The notes beneath the pieces were generated by a model that saw only the letters and a program-made list of their open reading frames with translations, ran no database searches and had not been told where the DNA came from. The position numbers and the translations under genes were made by a program. A stretch of 62,248 nt of DNA from Octopus sinensis (Eukaryota): assembly GCF_006345805.1 (NCBI RefSeq), contig NW_021833917.1, positions 1 to 62,248 of the forward strand, given 5' to 3'. Of the stretch, positions 38,636 through 52,253 are shown in pieces; the first letter of the stretch is position 1; every line of letters starts with the position of its first letter.

Positions 38636-39391
38636 TCTACATCATATATATCACACAGCATAATAAGAAAACATTGTCATTTCTCACCTATCTCCTTAAA
38701 ATGAAAACAACGTAAGTAGAACCGTCACAGTCACGTCAAATTTTAGGTTTCACCATCACTAAGGATCTCTTTTCCCGGCGAACGTACAACCATGACAGAG
38801 AAAAAGCCTGCATTACGAAAACTGGATATCCTCTTTAGTGGTACAAAATACTTTACCAGCCAACATTTATTAATAACCATTACGAGACTCAGATCAAACT
38901 CGCAATGAAATTCCCAATTCTCCTCCGAAACTATAATGATATTGTTGTATTTCGAAATGGTCATTTTGCCAGTTTAGCCAATAAAAATACACGCACTATA
39001 TATTTGGTGATACTTTGCTTCAGTGTTATTTATTTTTTTATTTTTTACATTAATCTTAATCTTATTTCGGTCAGAGTTCTTTCGTCACACTCCTGTGACC
39101 GCATCAGTGGCCCTTTTTTTTATATTTTTAAATTTTTATTTTGTTCATGTTTACATCCACTTATTATTATTATTATTATTATCATCATTATTATTATTAA
39201 TTATTATTATTATTATGATTATTAGTATATTATTATATTATTATTATATTATTATTATTATTATTATTATTATTACGTATGCTTGTATGTATGTATAAAA
39301 CAATACTAGTAATAACAATAATAATAATAATAAAACATTAAAAATATTTTTTTTATCTTATAAATTTAATAAGAACCCCAAAAAACAAAAA

Positions 39392-39442
<51 letters not shown>

Positions 39443-39617
39443 TATATATATTATATGTGGTGTGTGTGTGTTGTGTGTGGATGTGTGTGTGTATGTCTAT
39501 ATATAGTTATTTATTTCTATTTGTATAATGATACTGTTTCATACCCGTACACATATAATTTAGAATTCTAAAAACCGCAACCAACAAAGATGACCTCTCT
39601 ACTGATTTGGAATGAAG

Positions 39618-39871
39618 TCACTCATAAACACGTCTTAATTTCTGCCCAACAGAAGTGGTGTCTTTTCTCTCTGCCTCTTCTGACTCTACAGCAGTGACCA
39701 CAGCTTCTCGGGGTTGGCTGATCTCAAGCCACATCCCCTCAGCTTCTCTCTTATTCTGCAACTTCTTTGTTCCTGTCCTAATCTTTATATCGAGTTCTTC
39801 TTCCTCAGAGTGTGTCCATTCTGGAATGTCCTTCCTGAACGTTTCCTTTCTCGCAGTTATTGACTTGTAAA
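39618..39871 (-). CDS. Candidate terminal exon, product unknown
   Basis: TTAAC...TTCGTCTTGAACAG| acceptor, then 83 open codons (YKSITARKETFRKDIPEW...RRVYE*) and an AATAAA about 100 nt downstream. No family recognised. Confidence 0.35.
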
Positions 39872-40399
39872 CTGTTCAAGACGAAGGTTAACGGCATTAA
39901 TGTCGCATGGTTCGGGAACGTGCAAAGGCCATGGACACAGGCGCCGCTTCAGGTCAAAAAGAACACACACGACACGACACACAAACACACACACACACAC
40001 CCACACACACACACAATATAGTACAATAAATTAATTATATATGTATTTAAATACATTTCAATGACCGGCCAGGCCGCAAGCAAGGCGCCAAAAACTTCCT
40101 GTCCAGCCTTGCGGTCCTTAAAATTTTCTTCTTTAATGTATCTGGTGTCGCAAAAATGTTGTCTGGACCAATAGCAGCCCATCTTGGACGTCCTTCATCT
40201 CTATTCGAATCGTGCAAAACATTTTTATTGCAAGGGGTCGGATCAAATTGGTTTAAATAATAGTATGTGTAACTTCTAGTAAATGTTTTTTTTTGTTTTG
40301 CTTCATCACACAATTGTGAGTATGTATATATGATTGTATCCTTTATTTTTTATTTTTTATATGTTTCAGTCCAATGACTTGGCCTGTTGGAGTACCGCC

Positions 40400-41076
40400 A
40401 TATGTTATGCTATGTATGTATGTATTGTAGGTATGTATGTATGTTGTATGTATGTATGTATGTGTGTGTGTGGTGTGGTGTTGATGTATGTATGTATGTG
40501 TATGTATGTATGTATGTATGTATTATGGATGTATGTATGTCATATGTATGCTATATGTAGGTATGTATGCTGCAATGTATGTATGGATGTATGGTAGTGT
40601 ATGTATGTATGTATGTATGTATGTATGTGTGTATGTATGTATGTATGTATGTATGTATGTATGTATGTGTGTGTTGTATGTATGGGTATGTATGTATGTA
40701 TGTATGTATGTATGTATGTATGTGTGTATGATGTATGTATGTATGTATGTATGTATGTGTGTATGTATCATGTATGTGTGTATGTATGGATGTATGTATG
40801 TATATGTATGTATGTATGTATTGTATGTTGTGTATGTATGTATGTATGTATGTATGTAATATGTATGTATATATGTATGTATGTATGTATGCATGTATGT
40901 AGTGGTATGTATGTATGTATGTATAGTGTATGTATGTATGTATGTATGTATGTATGTATGTATGTATGTATGAGTGTATGTTATATGTAGTAGTATGTAT
41001 GTATGTATTATGTATGTTGCATGTATGTATGTATGTATTTATGTGTCTGTATGTATGTATGTATGTACATATGTAT

Positions 41077-41110
<34 letters not shown>
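40400..41110. repeat. Imperfect (TATG)n microsatellite
   Basis: Seen directly. Confidence 0.95.
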
Positions 41111-41195
41111 TATGTATCTATCTATCGATCTATCGACGTATCACTCTTCTCTCTCTCTCTCTCTATCCTCTCTCTCTCTGTATATATATATATAT

Positions 41196-41302
41196 ACATA
41201 AAACTCGAGTTCGGGTGCCGAGGTGGAAATCCACGCCGCCATCTCTTCAGTTACCCGGCCATCGGCCGATGGCCGCATAACTGAAGAGATGGCGGCGTGG
41301 AT
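41196..41302. repeat. GC-rich hairpin (25-bp perfect arms plus 18-bp central palindrome) with a decayed HHR-like motif, between TA tracts
   Basis: 41229-41253 inverts to 41278-41302; GGCCATCGGCCGATGGCC at 41257-41274. Confidence 0.9.
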
Positions 41303-41784
41303 ATATATATACATTATATATATACACACATTATATATAGATATATTTTACACACATATGCACGTACACACATATATACTAATATATGTGCGTATATGTG
41401 TGTGTGTGTGCATATATATATGTATGTGTGTGTATAATACACAACAATATATCGATAGAGAGAGAGAACAGAAGCCATTTATTAGTGATGATGACGACGA
41501 TGATGATGTTGTTGGTGATGTCGCTTTTCCTAGAGTTGCTGTAGATGGGTTATCTGCCAGCTTTCTTGTTTGTTGTTGTTGTTGTTGTTGTCACTCTCGT
41601 TCCTGTTCAATCTATTATCACTGTCTGTTGCTACGACTACAGAATGACGAGTGTGTGTGTGTGTGTATGTGTGTGTGTGTAGGTGGTGTGTGTGGTGTGT
41701 GTGTGTTGTATGTGTGAGCGAGTGAGTGCCTGATTGTGTAGTGTGTGCGTGTATGTGGTGTATGACATGTGTAATTCTTATATA

Positions 41785-41861
<77 letters not shown>

Positions 41862-42464
41862 TATATTTACGTGATATAAATACATATGATATATCATGTT
41901 TGTTGATGTGTTTTTCTATATATAATACGACAATGTATATCTATTCCAATGTATTGTTTTTTAGTGTTTTTATACAAATATTATTTATGTTGGGTTTATT
42001 ACTGTGTGTTTATGTCTTTGTTTTGTATGGTATATTTTTATGGTTCTTGGACCACAATGGCTGTATAACATTAGTGACTTTTGTGTGGTGGTTGTTTTAT
42101 TTATGTTTTGCGTAGGTTTATTTTGTTTTTTAAATTTTGTTTAATGTAGTGGCTTAGTAATTAATTTATTATATTACCCATATTAGTTGTTTGCACTTCT
42201 ACCATATACCTTATATATATAGTATATATATTTATGTATGCCACATGTATTTTATAACTATTATTTATACATGTATACATGACATACCCACAGAATATAT
42301 ATGTGAAGTGTGTGTGATATAATATATATAGTATATAAAAGGGCTCTAGTCATATTACTTTGCCGCATACGAAATCATTAGAATAGCAGCTAAAAAAACT
42401 TTTTGAACTATTTCTAATACTGAATACTGGTGAATTGATGTAATTAATTTTACTCAATTGTTGG

Positions 42465-42508
<44 letters not shown>

Positions 42509-43579
42509 GATACACACACGACCAAATATTATATATAAGGCTCTAAGTATATATTTATGCGCCTGTATATACATACAGGCATGCATATGTGTGTCAGTGT
42601 GTCCGTAGCGGATGGTGTAGGACCGTGGTGATGTATGCGTGTGTGTGGCGTCGTTTTCTCTTTCTCATCGCATCTTTTATTCTTCTCTCTCTCTCTCTGT
42701 CTCTTTCCCTCTCTCCCCTCCCCTCACCCCTCTCCCCCCCTCTCTCTCTTTCTCTCTCTCTCCCTCCCAAGCTCTATATCTTTCTACTTTTTCTCTCCGT
42801 ACACTAAATGATTAACATTTAAGTGTCCTTAACCATTCTCCATTTGTCTTTTACTATCACTCGATCATTCGTACAAATCTCTCCTCCCCCATCTCTCTCT
42901 CCCTCTCTTCCTCTCTCCCTGTCTCCTACCACCTCTCTCTCATCTCCTCCTACACTTACTCATGTTCCCATTTTCACCATGTTTTCTTACTCTTTCTTCT
43001 CGTTCTCTCCATTTCTCTTTCACCCTCTCTCTCTCTATCTTTCTATCTCTCTATCTCTTTCTTCATCTCTATCTATCTCTCTGTCTCCTCTTTCTATCTC
43101 TCTCTCCCCTCACTGTCTTTACTTCATTTTCCCTACTACCCTACCTCCTCCCTCTCTTCTCTTCCACTCCTTATTCCTCTCACAGACACACCCTCAAATA
43201 ATAATAATTTTTACGGATGGCAGAAGAAACATTATTAACGACTCTCATTATGAACGCAAGCATGGTTGCATGGCTGCATGGCAATAAAGTTCAATTCACA
43301 ATCACATGCTTTCAAGTTCGATCTAGTTGAGCGATATCTTAAGCAAATGAGGGCCTTTGATCATAGATTTCGTTTAACCCAAGACTTTTAGATTAAATTC
43401 TGTTTATGGAAAACTATACGGAAACCCGGCAGTTGCCCTGTATCAGTTGTGAAGCAGTCTAAAACAATCACCGTGTTCAACACCATCACCTGGGTGTCCC
43501 GGGTTTTCTAGAGGTTCTGAATAACCATTCGGTCCAGTGTTTGGTTTGAGAATAAGTGACTTAATACATTGCTTTCAAA

Positions 43580-43735
43580 TTTTGGAACAAGGCCTGCAAG
43601 CACGGGGGAGGTGGAGATGAGTTGATTACATCGACCTCAGTGTTCAACTGGTACTTATTTTATCGACCCCGAAAGGATGAGAGGCAGAGTCGACCTCGGC
43701 GGAATTTGAACTCAAAACGCAAAGACGGACATATA
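43580..43735 (-). mobile_element. SINE family B
   Basis: GTCGACCTCGGCGGAATTTGAACTC motif. Confidence 0.85.
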
Positions 43736-43899
43736 GCTTGTCTTAGGTAGTTTTAGATGTGTTTGGAATAATTTTCCTCCAGGTCCAACCGCAGCCTATT
43801 TCTTCCAGAAAGAGGATGAGGCAGACAGAGAGAAAGAAAGGAAAAGAGGTAGAGTGTGAGAGTAACGATGCTAGTATAGGAAGATGAAAGGCAAAGTTA

Positions 43900-44077
43900 A
43901 CACGGGCATTATTTGAACGTACGAGCATCGGCGAAGGCGACCGGATCTGTAGAGCGCGAAGAATTGGATTCTTCACGACGACAATGCACTCTGGTCACCC
44001 AAGCGCTCTTCACTCGTGAGTTTCTCGCCAAAAACAACATGGTATCAATACAGTACCAACTCTATTCGCCAGATTTA
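43900..44077 (+). mobile_element. Mariner transposase fragment, catalytic domain
   Basis: WILHDDNA (second D of the DD34D triad), then after a frameshift FTREFLAKNNMVS..YSPDL. Confidence 0.82.
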
Positions 44078-44240
44078 TATCGACCCCAGTGCGTAACTGG
44101 TACTTATTTAATCGACCCCGAAAGGATGAAAGGCAAAGTCGACCTCGGCGGAATTTGAACTCAGAACGTTGCGACAGACGAAATACTGCTGAGCATTTCG
44201 CCCGGCGTGCTAACGTTTCTGCCAGCTCGCCGCCTTCCGA
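44078..44240 (-). mobile_element. SINE family B, 3' truncated
   Basis: Reverse complement of the family B head and body. Confidence 0.9.
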
Positions 44241-44889
44241 CTAACAAATACCGTGGACTTTCAACGTTATTTCGTGGACGGACGCCATTTTTGCTAATAC
44301 GTTTTCCTTTGTATCGCAGGGCGAAAACTCCGGTTGACATTGTTAGTGACAGCACTCATCTTTGTCCAAAGTCTTTCCCGGCTCTCTCTCTCTCTCTTCC
44401 CTTATTTTCTCCATTCTTTTTGTCTCTCATGAGAACGTTATATCGTTCAAGATATCGTTACTGTTGTATTCACGCATCAAAGCTTTTTCATATATACCAA
44501 ATCTTATTCTTTGTGTATATGGATTTCTATGTTTGAGTGTCTTTGTTTGTATATGTATCTGTGTTTGTTTGTGTGCATCAGCGTGTACCCGGTGGAATGG
44601 GGGTATCTGAATATGTGTCTATCTGCGTATGCGCATGTGTATGGCACAAGATGTGCTTGGTGGAGTGTCTGAATGTCTCTGTGTGAGTGAGAGAGAGAGA
44701 GAGAGAGAGAGAGATATGGAGAAAGAGATGGCGAGAAAGAGGAGCTTATGGCTTGCTTTTGTGTGTGTGTGTGTGTGTGTAAAACAGGAGATATTTGAGA
44801 TGTCTGTGTGTTTGTGTGTCAGAGCGAGAGTCTGAAAGTGTGTATGTATGCGCATCTCGTTGTCTTTTTCTAGTTTTCATTTTTAAAAA

Positions 44890-44991
<102 letters not shown>

Positions 44992-46299
44992 GCATACCAC
45001 CTCTCTATCTCTCTTTTGCTCTCTCTCATCCTCTATCTAATCCCCTCTCTCTCTCTCTTTCTCTCTCTGCATTTGTGTGCTTACGTGTGTGTCTGTGTGT
45101 GTGTTTGTGTGTGTGTGTGAGTGTATGTGTGTGCGTGTGTGTGGATATGTGTGTGCGTGTGTATGTGCTTGCAAATTTATTTTATGAACGTAACGGCGTG
45201 ATTGTCACTTTCTCTCTAACTTCTCTTTCTCTCTTTCTTCCTTTCTTTCTTTCTTTCCTTCTTTCCTTCCTTCCTTCCTTCCTTCTTTCTTTCTTTCACG
45301 CCTCATACGCACCTGCAGATAGACATACATTGTTGTTGTTGTTGTTGTTGTCATCGTCAGCGTTATTGCTGTTACTTTTCCTCCTCCTCCTCCTCCTCCT
45401 CCACCACCTCGTCCTCCTCCTCCACCACCTCGTCCTCCTCATCCTTCTTCTCCTCTTTTCGTCATCTGCTCCAGACACTTTATTTCCTTCATTTCCATAA
45501 GTGAATTTAAATATTTGTCGGCCAATCATTATGTACACTAAACGTATGGAAAGAATAGCGTCTTGTAAAATCTCTTGAAAACACGGTTTGTAGATATATG
45601 TGTGTGTTCGCATGTGCATGCAAATATATTTGTATGTGTGTGTGTGCTTGTGTGTGTGTGTGTGTGTGTGTGTTTGTGTGTGTGTGTATGTGCGCGCGTG
45701 AGTGTGTGTGTGTGTGTGTGTGTGTCAGCTGAAGAGGATGGCCTTCATTGAATACAATGGACAGTTACAAGAAAATAAAGAATTTCCGTTGGTTTCCTCG
45801 CATATTAACTCTATCCGTTCAATTTTCTCCGAATTGTAATATCCCGGTTTATAACTGTAACTTAACTTCTTTAAGTCAATCAGTTCAAGACTGTGTATAT
45901 TCGTTCTGTAGCACTTGTTACGTTGTTGGTATTCTTAAAAAGCATTTTATTTAACATGAGGATGCACTGTTTAATCTCATTCCCCTCCTATTATTTATCT
46001 ATGTTCTATTGCTTTTCTTGCCTCGCTTTTAAGTATTCATAGAAAAGGGGATTTCTTTCCACGTGTGAACTCACGACCTGTGTGTTCTCCTAATTCCGCA
46101 AAAGACACGTAAGTATAGCAAATAAACTTTGTACTACACTATTTTATAAAATACCGTTAAAAATTTCCTATCTTTACAAAACTAAGTTATTTTCGAGCAT
46201 ACACAGACGTTCGCTCAGATGCATATCCAGGAGGCGGTGACATTTAAGTAAAGCAGTGATTTGGAGTAGAGTGATGTAAGGATGAAAGAAAGATAGAGA

Positions 46300-46870
46300 G
46301 GAGAGAAGTAGTACGAATAGATTATGAGGTAAATGAAAAGGGAGCGAAAAATATTAAGGACAATCTTAATACAGGGAGCAGAGAAGAGAGAACTCTGGAA
46401 CTAAACATGATGTGGCACGCAGAACAAAAAGAAACTGTGAAGTATATTCATAACTTGTGGAGCAAAAGTGCCCAGGCTAAAGATGAGTTGCTCTTCTTTG
46501 TGTTTACTCGTTGCATTTTAGTGATAGTGTCAGAAAATACGACAAACTGAGAAATAGTCAGAAGAGTCGTCGGGCGACTCAAAGTAGCATTCGCTCAATA
46601 TCCACATGACCGGTGTTTAGGGATACATGTTGCTAAGCGAGTAGAGAAAGAATATGGCATCGAAAAAGTTCATTATGTAGATCGCCTCTATGATAGTAGA
46701 TGTTTGTTTAAAAGATTTAAATGTGCTGAACGAAGACTTTTTCTTCCCGACAGCACACTGATCAGCTTCTTCAAGTTTTCATTTGGAGAGTGAGATAAGT
46801 GTAAGGAGAGAACGCTTACCCTCATGAAAGATGCTTGAGAAAGTATCTAATTTAGCGAGCATAAAGGGGT
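46300..46870 (+). mobile_element. Possible highly decayed LINE 3' coding region
   Basis: Purine-rich, broken frames such as RRLFLPDSTLISFFK resembling Tx1 C-termini. Weak. Confidence 0.25.
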
Positions 46871-47179
46871 TGATTTAGCCGTTTCACTTATAATACAGAA
46901 TCTGCTCTGTTGTGAGATTAAATTGACGGTTTAAATATTCTCTCCTTCACTTCTCAGTATGTACTGACTCTCGAGTCACCACCACTGAAACTAAAGGTGC
47001 TGAGAAGCGTTTCATATTATCTGACATCACTATGGTAACGTTGTCTGCACATACCGTGTTCGGCAAAAGGGACCGATAGAATAAGCACTAGGCTTACAAA
47101 GAATAAGTCCTGGGGTCGATTTACTCGACTAAAGGCAGTGTTCCAGCCACAGTTAAATGACTGAAACAAGTAAAAAACA

Positions 47180-47211
47180 AAGAGTAGTAATAGTAGTAGT
47201 AGTAGTAGTTA

Positions 47212-47262
<51 letters not shown>

Positions 47263-47327
47263 TAGTAGTAGTAGTGGTAGTAGTAGTAGGAGTGGTGGTG
47301 GTAGTAGTAGTAGTAGTGGTAGTAGTG

Positions 47328-47389
<62 letters not shown>

Positions 47390-47513
47390 GGTGGTCGTGG
47401 TGGTGGTAGTAGTATTAGTGGTGGTCGTGGTGGTGGTAGTAGTAGTAGTGGTGGTAGTAGTCGTAGTAGTAGTAGTGGTGGTGGTGGTGGTGGTAGTAGT
47501 AGTAGTAGTAGTG

Positions 47514-47546
<33 letters not shown>

Positions 47547-47579
47547 TTAGTAGTAGTAGTGGTAGTAGTAGTAGGAGTG

Positions 47580-47620
<41 letters not shown>
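47180..47620. repeat. (GTA/GTG)n trinucleotide array
   Basis: Seen directly. Confidence 0.97.
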
Positions 47621-47621
<1 letters not shown>

Positions 47622-48424
47622 TGATGGGAGATTCCTCCTGTATTTCTTCCGGTTCTACGTTTTAAGTTCAAATCATGCCGAGGTCAATTTCGCCTTTCAT
47701 TCCTCGATAAAAAAAAAAAAGGGACCAGTCGAAAACTAGGGTCGGTGTAAATCAACTGACAAACCCCGACACCTAAAATAGCTGACTTTGTGCCAAAATT
47801 TGAAGGCACCACCACTACGAGGAAATGGGGGGGGCACAGTTATCTCTTTCTTCCTTCCTTTAGTTTTTTGGAAGCGTAGGCGGGAAGGCGGAGGAGAAGG
47901 GTGGGGGCGGTGCTGGCAGGGAGATGGATTGTAATGTTGTTGTTGTTGTTGTTGTTGCTGTTGTGTTTTTAACTGATTCATGAATTTTCTGTACTTTCTG
48001 TAAATGTTTACCAAATGATACCAAAAAGATAGATTCCTTGTTTACGCCGTCCCCACACTTCTGGCATGCGTCCCAGTAGTTAGTTAACTTATACCAGACT
48101 TTCAAACGCTACTTTAACACACACACACACACACACACACACACCAACACAACCATGCTTGTGTACATACATTTATACATACGTATGTACGTACGGATAT
48201 AACAGTAACAACAACTATAATAACAACTAACTTTTCTTCATGAGTATTAGTTACGTTTCGCACATAACCTGATTTCTTGCTTATTTACATTATAATTCTT
48301 TCCACTAAATTCCATATTATTCCGCACGTTTGAATTAGCAGATTTGGTAGAGCCACTGTGCGAGTAAACAACAAGAACACCAAAACAACAACAAAAACAG
48401 CAACAACAATAATTATAATAATCC

Positions 48425-48668
48425 TGAAATTTTGGGAGAAGGGGTCTAGTCGATTGTATCGACCCCAGTGCTCAAGTGGTACTTATTGTATCGACTCTGA
48501 AAGGATGAAAAGTAAAGTCGACCTCGGCGGAAAAATGGTTTCGAATTTTGCCACAAGACAAGCAAATTCGTGGGAGGGGATGAGTCGATTACGTCGACCC
48601 CAGTATTCAAGTGGTGCTTATTTTATCGACCCTGAAAGGATGAAAGTCAAAGTCGACCCCGGCGGAAT
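48425..48668 (-). mobile_element. Two tandem partial SINE B copies
   Basis: GAAAGGATGAAA..AAAGTCGACC occurs twice. Confidence 0.8.
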
Positions 48669-48704
48669 AATAACAAGAACAAGAACAACAAAAAACAACA
48701 ACAA

Positions 48705-48738
<34 letters not shown>

Positions 48739-48929
48739 AATAATAGTAATAATAATAATGATAATAATAATAATAATTATAATAACAATAATAATAACCT
48801 GTTATACCAAGACAAAGCAAAGTACATGTTAACACTTTCAGTCAGTTAAGATCAGAAGCCATGAGATCATGAGATCCACTGCCTGGTATTGCATCAGGGT
48901 CTTCTTGCATCAGGGTATTATTATTATTA

Positions 48930-48963
<34 letters not shown>

Positions 48964-48964
48964 A

Positions 48965-49390
48965 AAGGCGGCGAGCTGACAGAAACGTTAGCACGCCGGG
49001 CGAAATGCGTAGCCGTATTTCGTCTGCCGTTACGTTCTGAGTTCAAATTCCGCCGAGGTCGACTTTGCCTTTTATCCTTTTGGGGTCGATTAAAAAAGTA
49101 CTAGTTACGCACTGGGGTCGATGTAATCGACTTAATCTAGGTGTCTGTCCTTGTTTGTCCCCTCTGTGTTTAGCCCCTTGTGGGTAATAAAGAAATAAGA
49201 AACGTTAGCACGCCGGGGGTGAAATACTTAGCAGTATTTCGTCTGTCTTTACGTCTGGATTCAAATTCCGCCGAGGTCGACTTTACCTTTCATCCTTTCG
49301 GGTCGATAAATTAAGTACCAATTGCGTACTGGGGTAGATCTAATCGACTGGTTTCCTCCCCCAAAATTTCGGGCCTTATGCTTAGAGTAG
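48965..49390 (+). mobile_element. Two tandem SINE B copies
   Basis: A full copy followed by a second starting at AAACGTTAGCACGCCGGG. Confidence 0.88.
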
Positions 49391-49392
49391 AA

Positions 49393-49441
<49 letters not shown>

Positions 49442-50289
49442 GGAATAAATGAAGGCTCTAGTATCCAGCATGCAAGCATGAAAGAGCAGATTAGGAATTT
49501 TGTCACATGGCAAGCAATTTTAGTGTGAGGAAGTTAAATAATTTACTGGTACTTCATTTTATTCAGGATGAAAAGCAAAGTCGACCTCGGCTAAATTTGA
49601 ACTCAGAACGTAATGAGTCGGATGAAATCCCGGTAAGCATTTTGTCTGTAGTGCTAATGATACAGCATTTACATGCTTCATTTTACTGGTTTCAATCATT
49701 GAACTGCCGCCATCGTAGAATATTGGTTTCAAAGTTTGTAATTTTATTTTATATTGAATTCAGTAACTTATTTCCGTGAGGCACGTAATTTTTCAGTGTA
49801 TATTTAATATTTAATATTTACTGCTGCAATGTTCTGTCTGATCCATTCTGAAGCTTTCCTGAAAGAGTTGTTTGTCTGAGATGCGACCTAAGACTACAAC
49901 AATGTATGTAGTAATCTATGTATGAATTGATTGCTATCTTATCTACAACATAGCTGTCTGCATTTTGGAGGGTTGTGTGTTGTACCTTATAGAATGTAGT
50001 CAATGTGTGAATGGGTGGGTTTTATATCAAAAGCGCAGTCCGCCGCCACTTACATATACGACATATCTGCATAAAATAACACTTTTATATGAACGCCTCG
50101 TCAGTTAAAAAACATGCGGAAAAAATGCCATCCCCAGAGCATCACTATCACCATAGAGAGCTCTTTAGGGAATACGAGAAAGAAAGGAGCTCTTCTCATT
50201 AAACAGTTAAAATCTACTTTCTGTAACAGACAGGAATGCGTGTCACTAGTTGGCTAGTATAATAGCGTCCGAGCAATCCACCGCCAGAT

Positions 50290-50925
50290 TAATTCGTCGC
50301 CGATCAATTCGTTGCTAGACGTTGGTCAATTTGCTACTAGGTCAACTCGTCGTCAGTGAATTCATCATCGGTCAATTCATCGTTGATCACTTCGCTGTCG
50401 ATAAATTTCTCGCAAGGTCAATTCGTTGCCAGTCGATTCGTCCTCGGTCAATTCATCGTTGATCACTTCGCTGTCGATCAATTTCTTGCAAGGTCAATTC
50501 GTTGCCAGTCGATTCGTCCTCGGTCAATTCATCGTTGATCACTTCGCTGTCGATCAATTTCTTGCAAGGTCAATTCGTTGCCAGTCGATTCGTCCTCGGT
50601 CAATTCATCGTTGATCACTTCGCTGTCGATCAATTTCTTGCAAGGTCAATTCGTTGCCAGTCGATTCGTCCTCGGTCAATTTATCGTCGATTAAATCGCC
50701 GTTGTTCAATTCGTCACTAGGTCACCTCGTCGTTGGTCAATTCGTCACTAGACCAGTTGGCACCAGATTAAATAGTTATAGGCTAGTTCGTTGTCCATCA
50801 ATTCGTCACCTTATTTATTCATCGTCGATCAATCCGTCGTTGATCAATTCATCGTCAATCAATCCCTTGTTGGTCAATTCCTCGTTGGTAAGTCTATCGT
50901 TGGGTAATTCACTACCAAATCAATT
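50290..50925. repeat. Array of ~15-bp GGTCAATTCGTCGCC-like subunits with a 76-bp higher-order block
   Basis: TTGCCAGTCGATTCG at 50426, 50502, 50578 and 50654. Confidence 0.9.
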
Positions 50926-50927
50926 TT

Positions 50928-51640
50928 GGATCTTTACCTTTTGACCTACAGATTTAAAAAATAATTTTTGGTAACTAAACACTTTCAAACTTCGGACACT
51001 GGTAGAATGTGTCATATAAAACATCTTTTACTCTTAGCATTTTTGAGAAAAGCTTATATTTAGGAAGTTATTTCACGTTAAAGTTGTAGCATTTCGGTAA
51101 TTTCAACCAATCAATGACGTGTATTCAGCTGAGTAAGATTACTGCCGTTGTTTGTCAACAACAACAACTATCGGTGGTGTATTTTTCGTTTGTCAGTTAT
51201 TTATGACATCGTTCGTGCGCATGTACTGGTTTTAAGGTTTTAGGGTTAGGGTTTTAGGGTTAAGGATAGGATTTTACGGTTAGGGTTAGGGTTTTAGGGT
51301 TAGGGTTAGGGTTAAGGTTTTAGGGTTAGGGTTTTAGGGTTAGGGTTCTAGGGTTAGGTTTGTCATGAATATCAGTGACAAACGAAATATACACCGCCGG
51401 AAGTTATTATTGCCAAACAACAGCAGTAATTTTATTCAGCTGAATACACGTCATTGATTGGTTGAACTTACCGAAATACGAGAACTTTAACGTGAAATAA
51501 CTTCGTAAATATAAGTTTTTCTCAAAAATGCTAAGAATAAAAGATGTTTTATATGACACATTCTACCAGTATCCGAAGTTTGAAAATGTTTAGTCACAAA
51601 AACTTATTTTTTAAATCTGTAGGTCAAAAGGTAAAGATCC
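50928..51640. mobile_element. Long-TIR (about 280 bp) non-autonomous element with a TTAGGG core
   Basis: GGATCTTTACC...GGTAAAGATCC ends; imperfect arms 50928-51208 / 51361-51640; candidate 8-bp TSD TCAATTTT/TCAATTTG. Confidence 0.88.
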
Positions 51641-51799
51641 TCAATTTGTTGCCAGGTGAATTCGTCATCTATGATCTGGAAGCTGAAAATATTAAAATTG
51701 AATGTCCTTGCTAACGTAAAATTTTGTGTTCTTTTCGGTGTTTTTTCCTTTTATTTTAGTAAACTCATTAAACGAAGAAATATGCGTTAAGTATCACAA

Positions 51800-51985
51800 C
51801 TGGCATTTCGTCCGTCTTTACGTTCTGAGTTCAAATTCCACCGACGTCGATTTTGCCTTTCATCCTTTCGAAGAAGTCGATAAATAAATACCAGTTGAAC
51901 TCTGGGTGGGGGTGGGGGGTTCGATGTAATCAGCTTACCTCTTCCTCCAGAATTGCTAGCCTTGTGCCAAATCTGATACCAGTAT
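51800..51985 (+). mobile_element. SINE family B, degenerate
   Basis: TTACGTTCTGAGTTCAAATTCCACCGACGTCGA motif. Confidence 0.75.
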
Positions 51986-52253
51986 ATAAGGAGAAAAATA
52001 ACAATAATCAAAATTTATAGTTTTAGAATTAAGATTTTATCAAAAACACAGAAAGAAAACAACCAAAATTCTAAGTTAATGACAAAAATATTGCGATAAT
52101 TAAAACTTCTGATTATGAGTCACTGCCTTCAAGAAATTAAATTTTCGTTCGGAATTCTAATTGTTTATCGCACTTTATGGCTAATGAGCTTTTTTTTACA
52201 ACTGTTTTTTTTTTCTTTACTTTTGGCTGGTTTCTTCACTCAGGATTCATTTT

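Noticed and set aside
38745-38910. Open frame after TTTTAG (VSPSLRISFPGERTTMTEKK...)
   Set aside because: Short, with no recognisable homology or supporting donor site.
40047-40313. Two overlapping minus-strand ORFs in a GC-richer patch
   Set aside because: No family motif and no clear splice boundaries.
50416-50690. CRISPR-like regular repeat
   Set aside because: Contiguous tandem units without unique spacers, in eukaryotic DNA.
51240-51360. Chromosome end or fusion site
   Set aside because: The TTAGGG tract is short, imperfect and enclosed by transposon TIRs.
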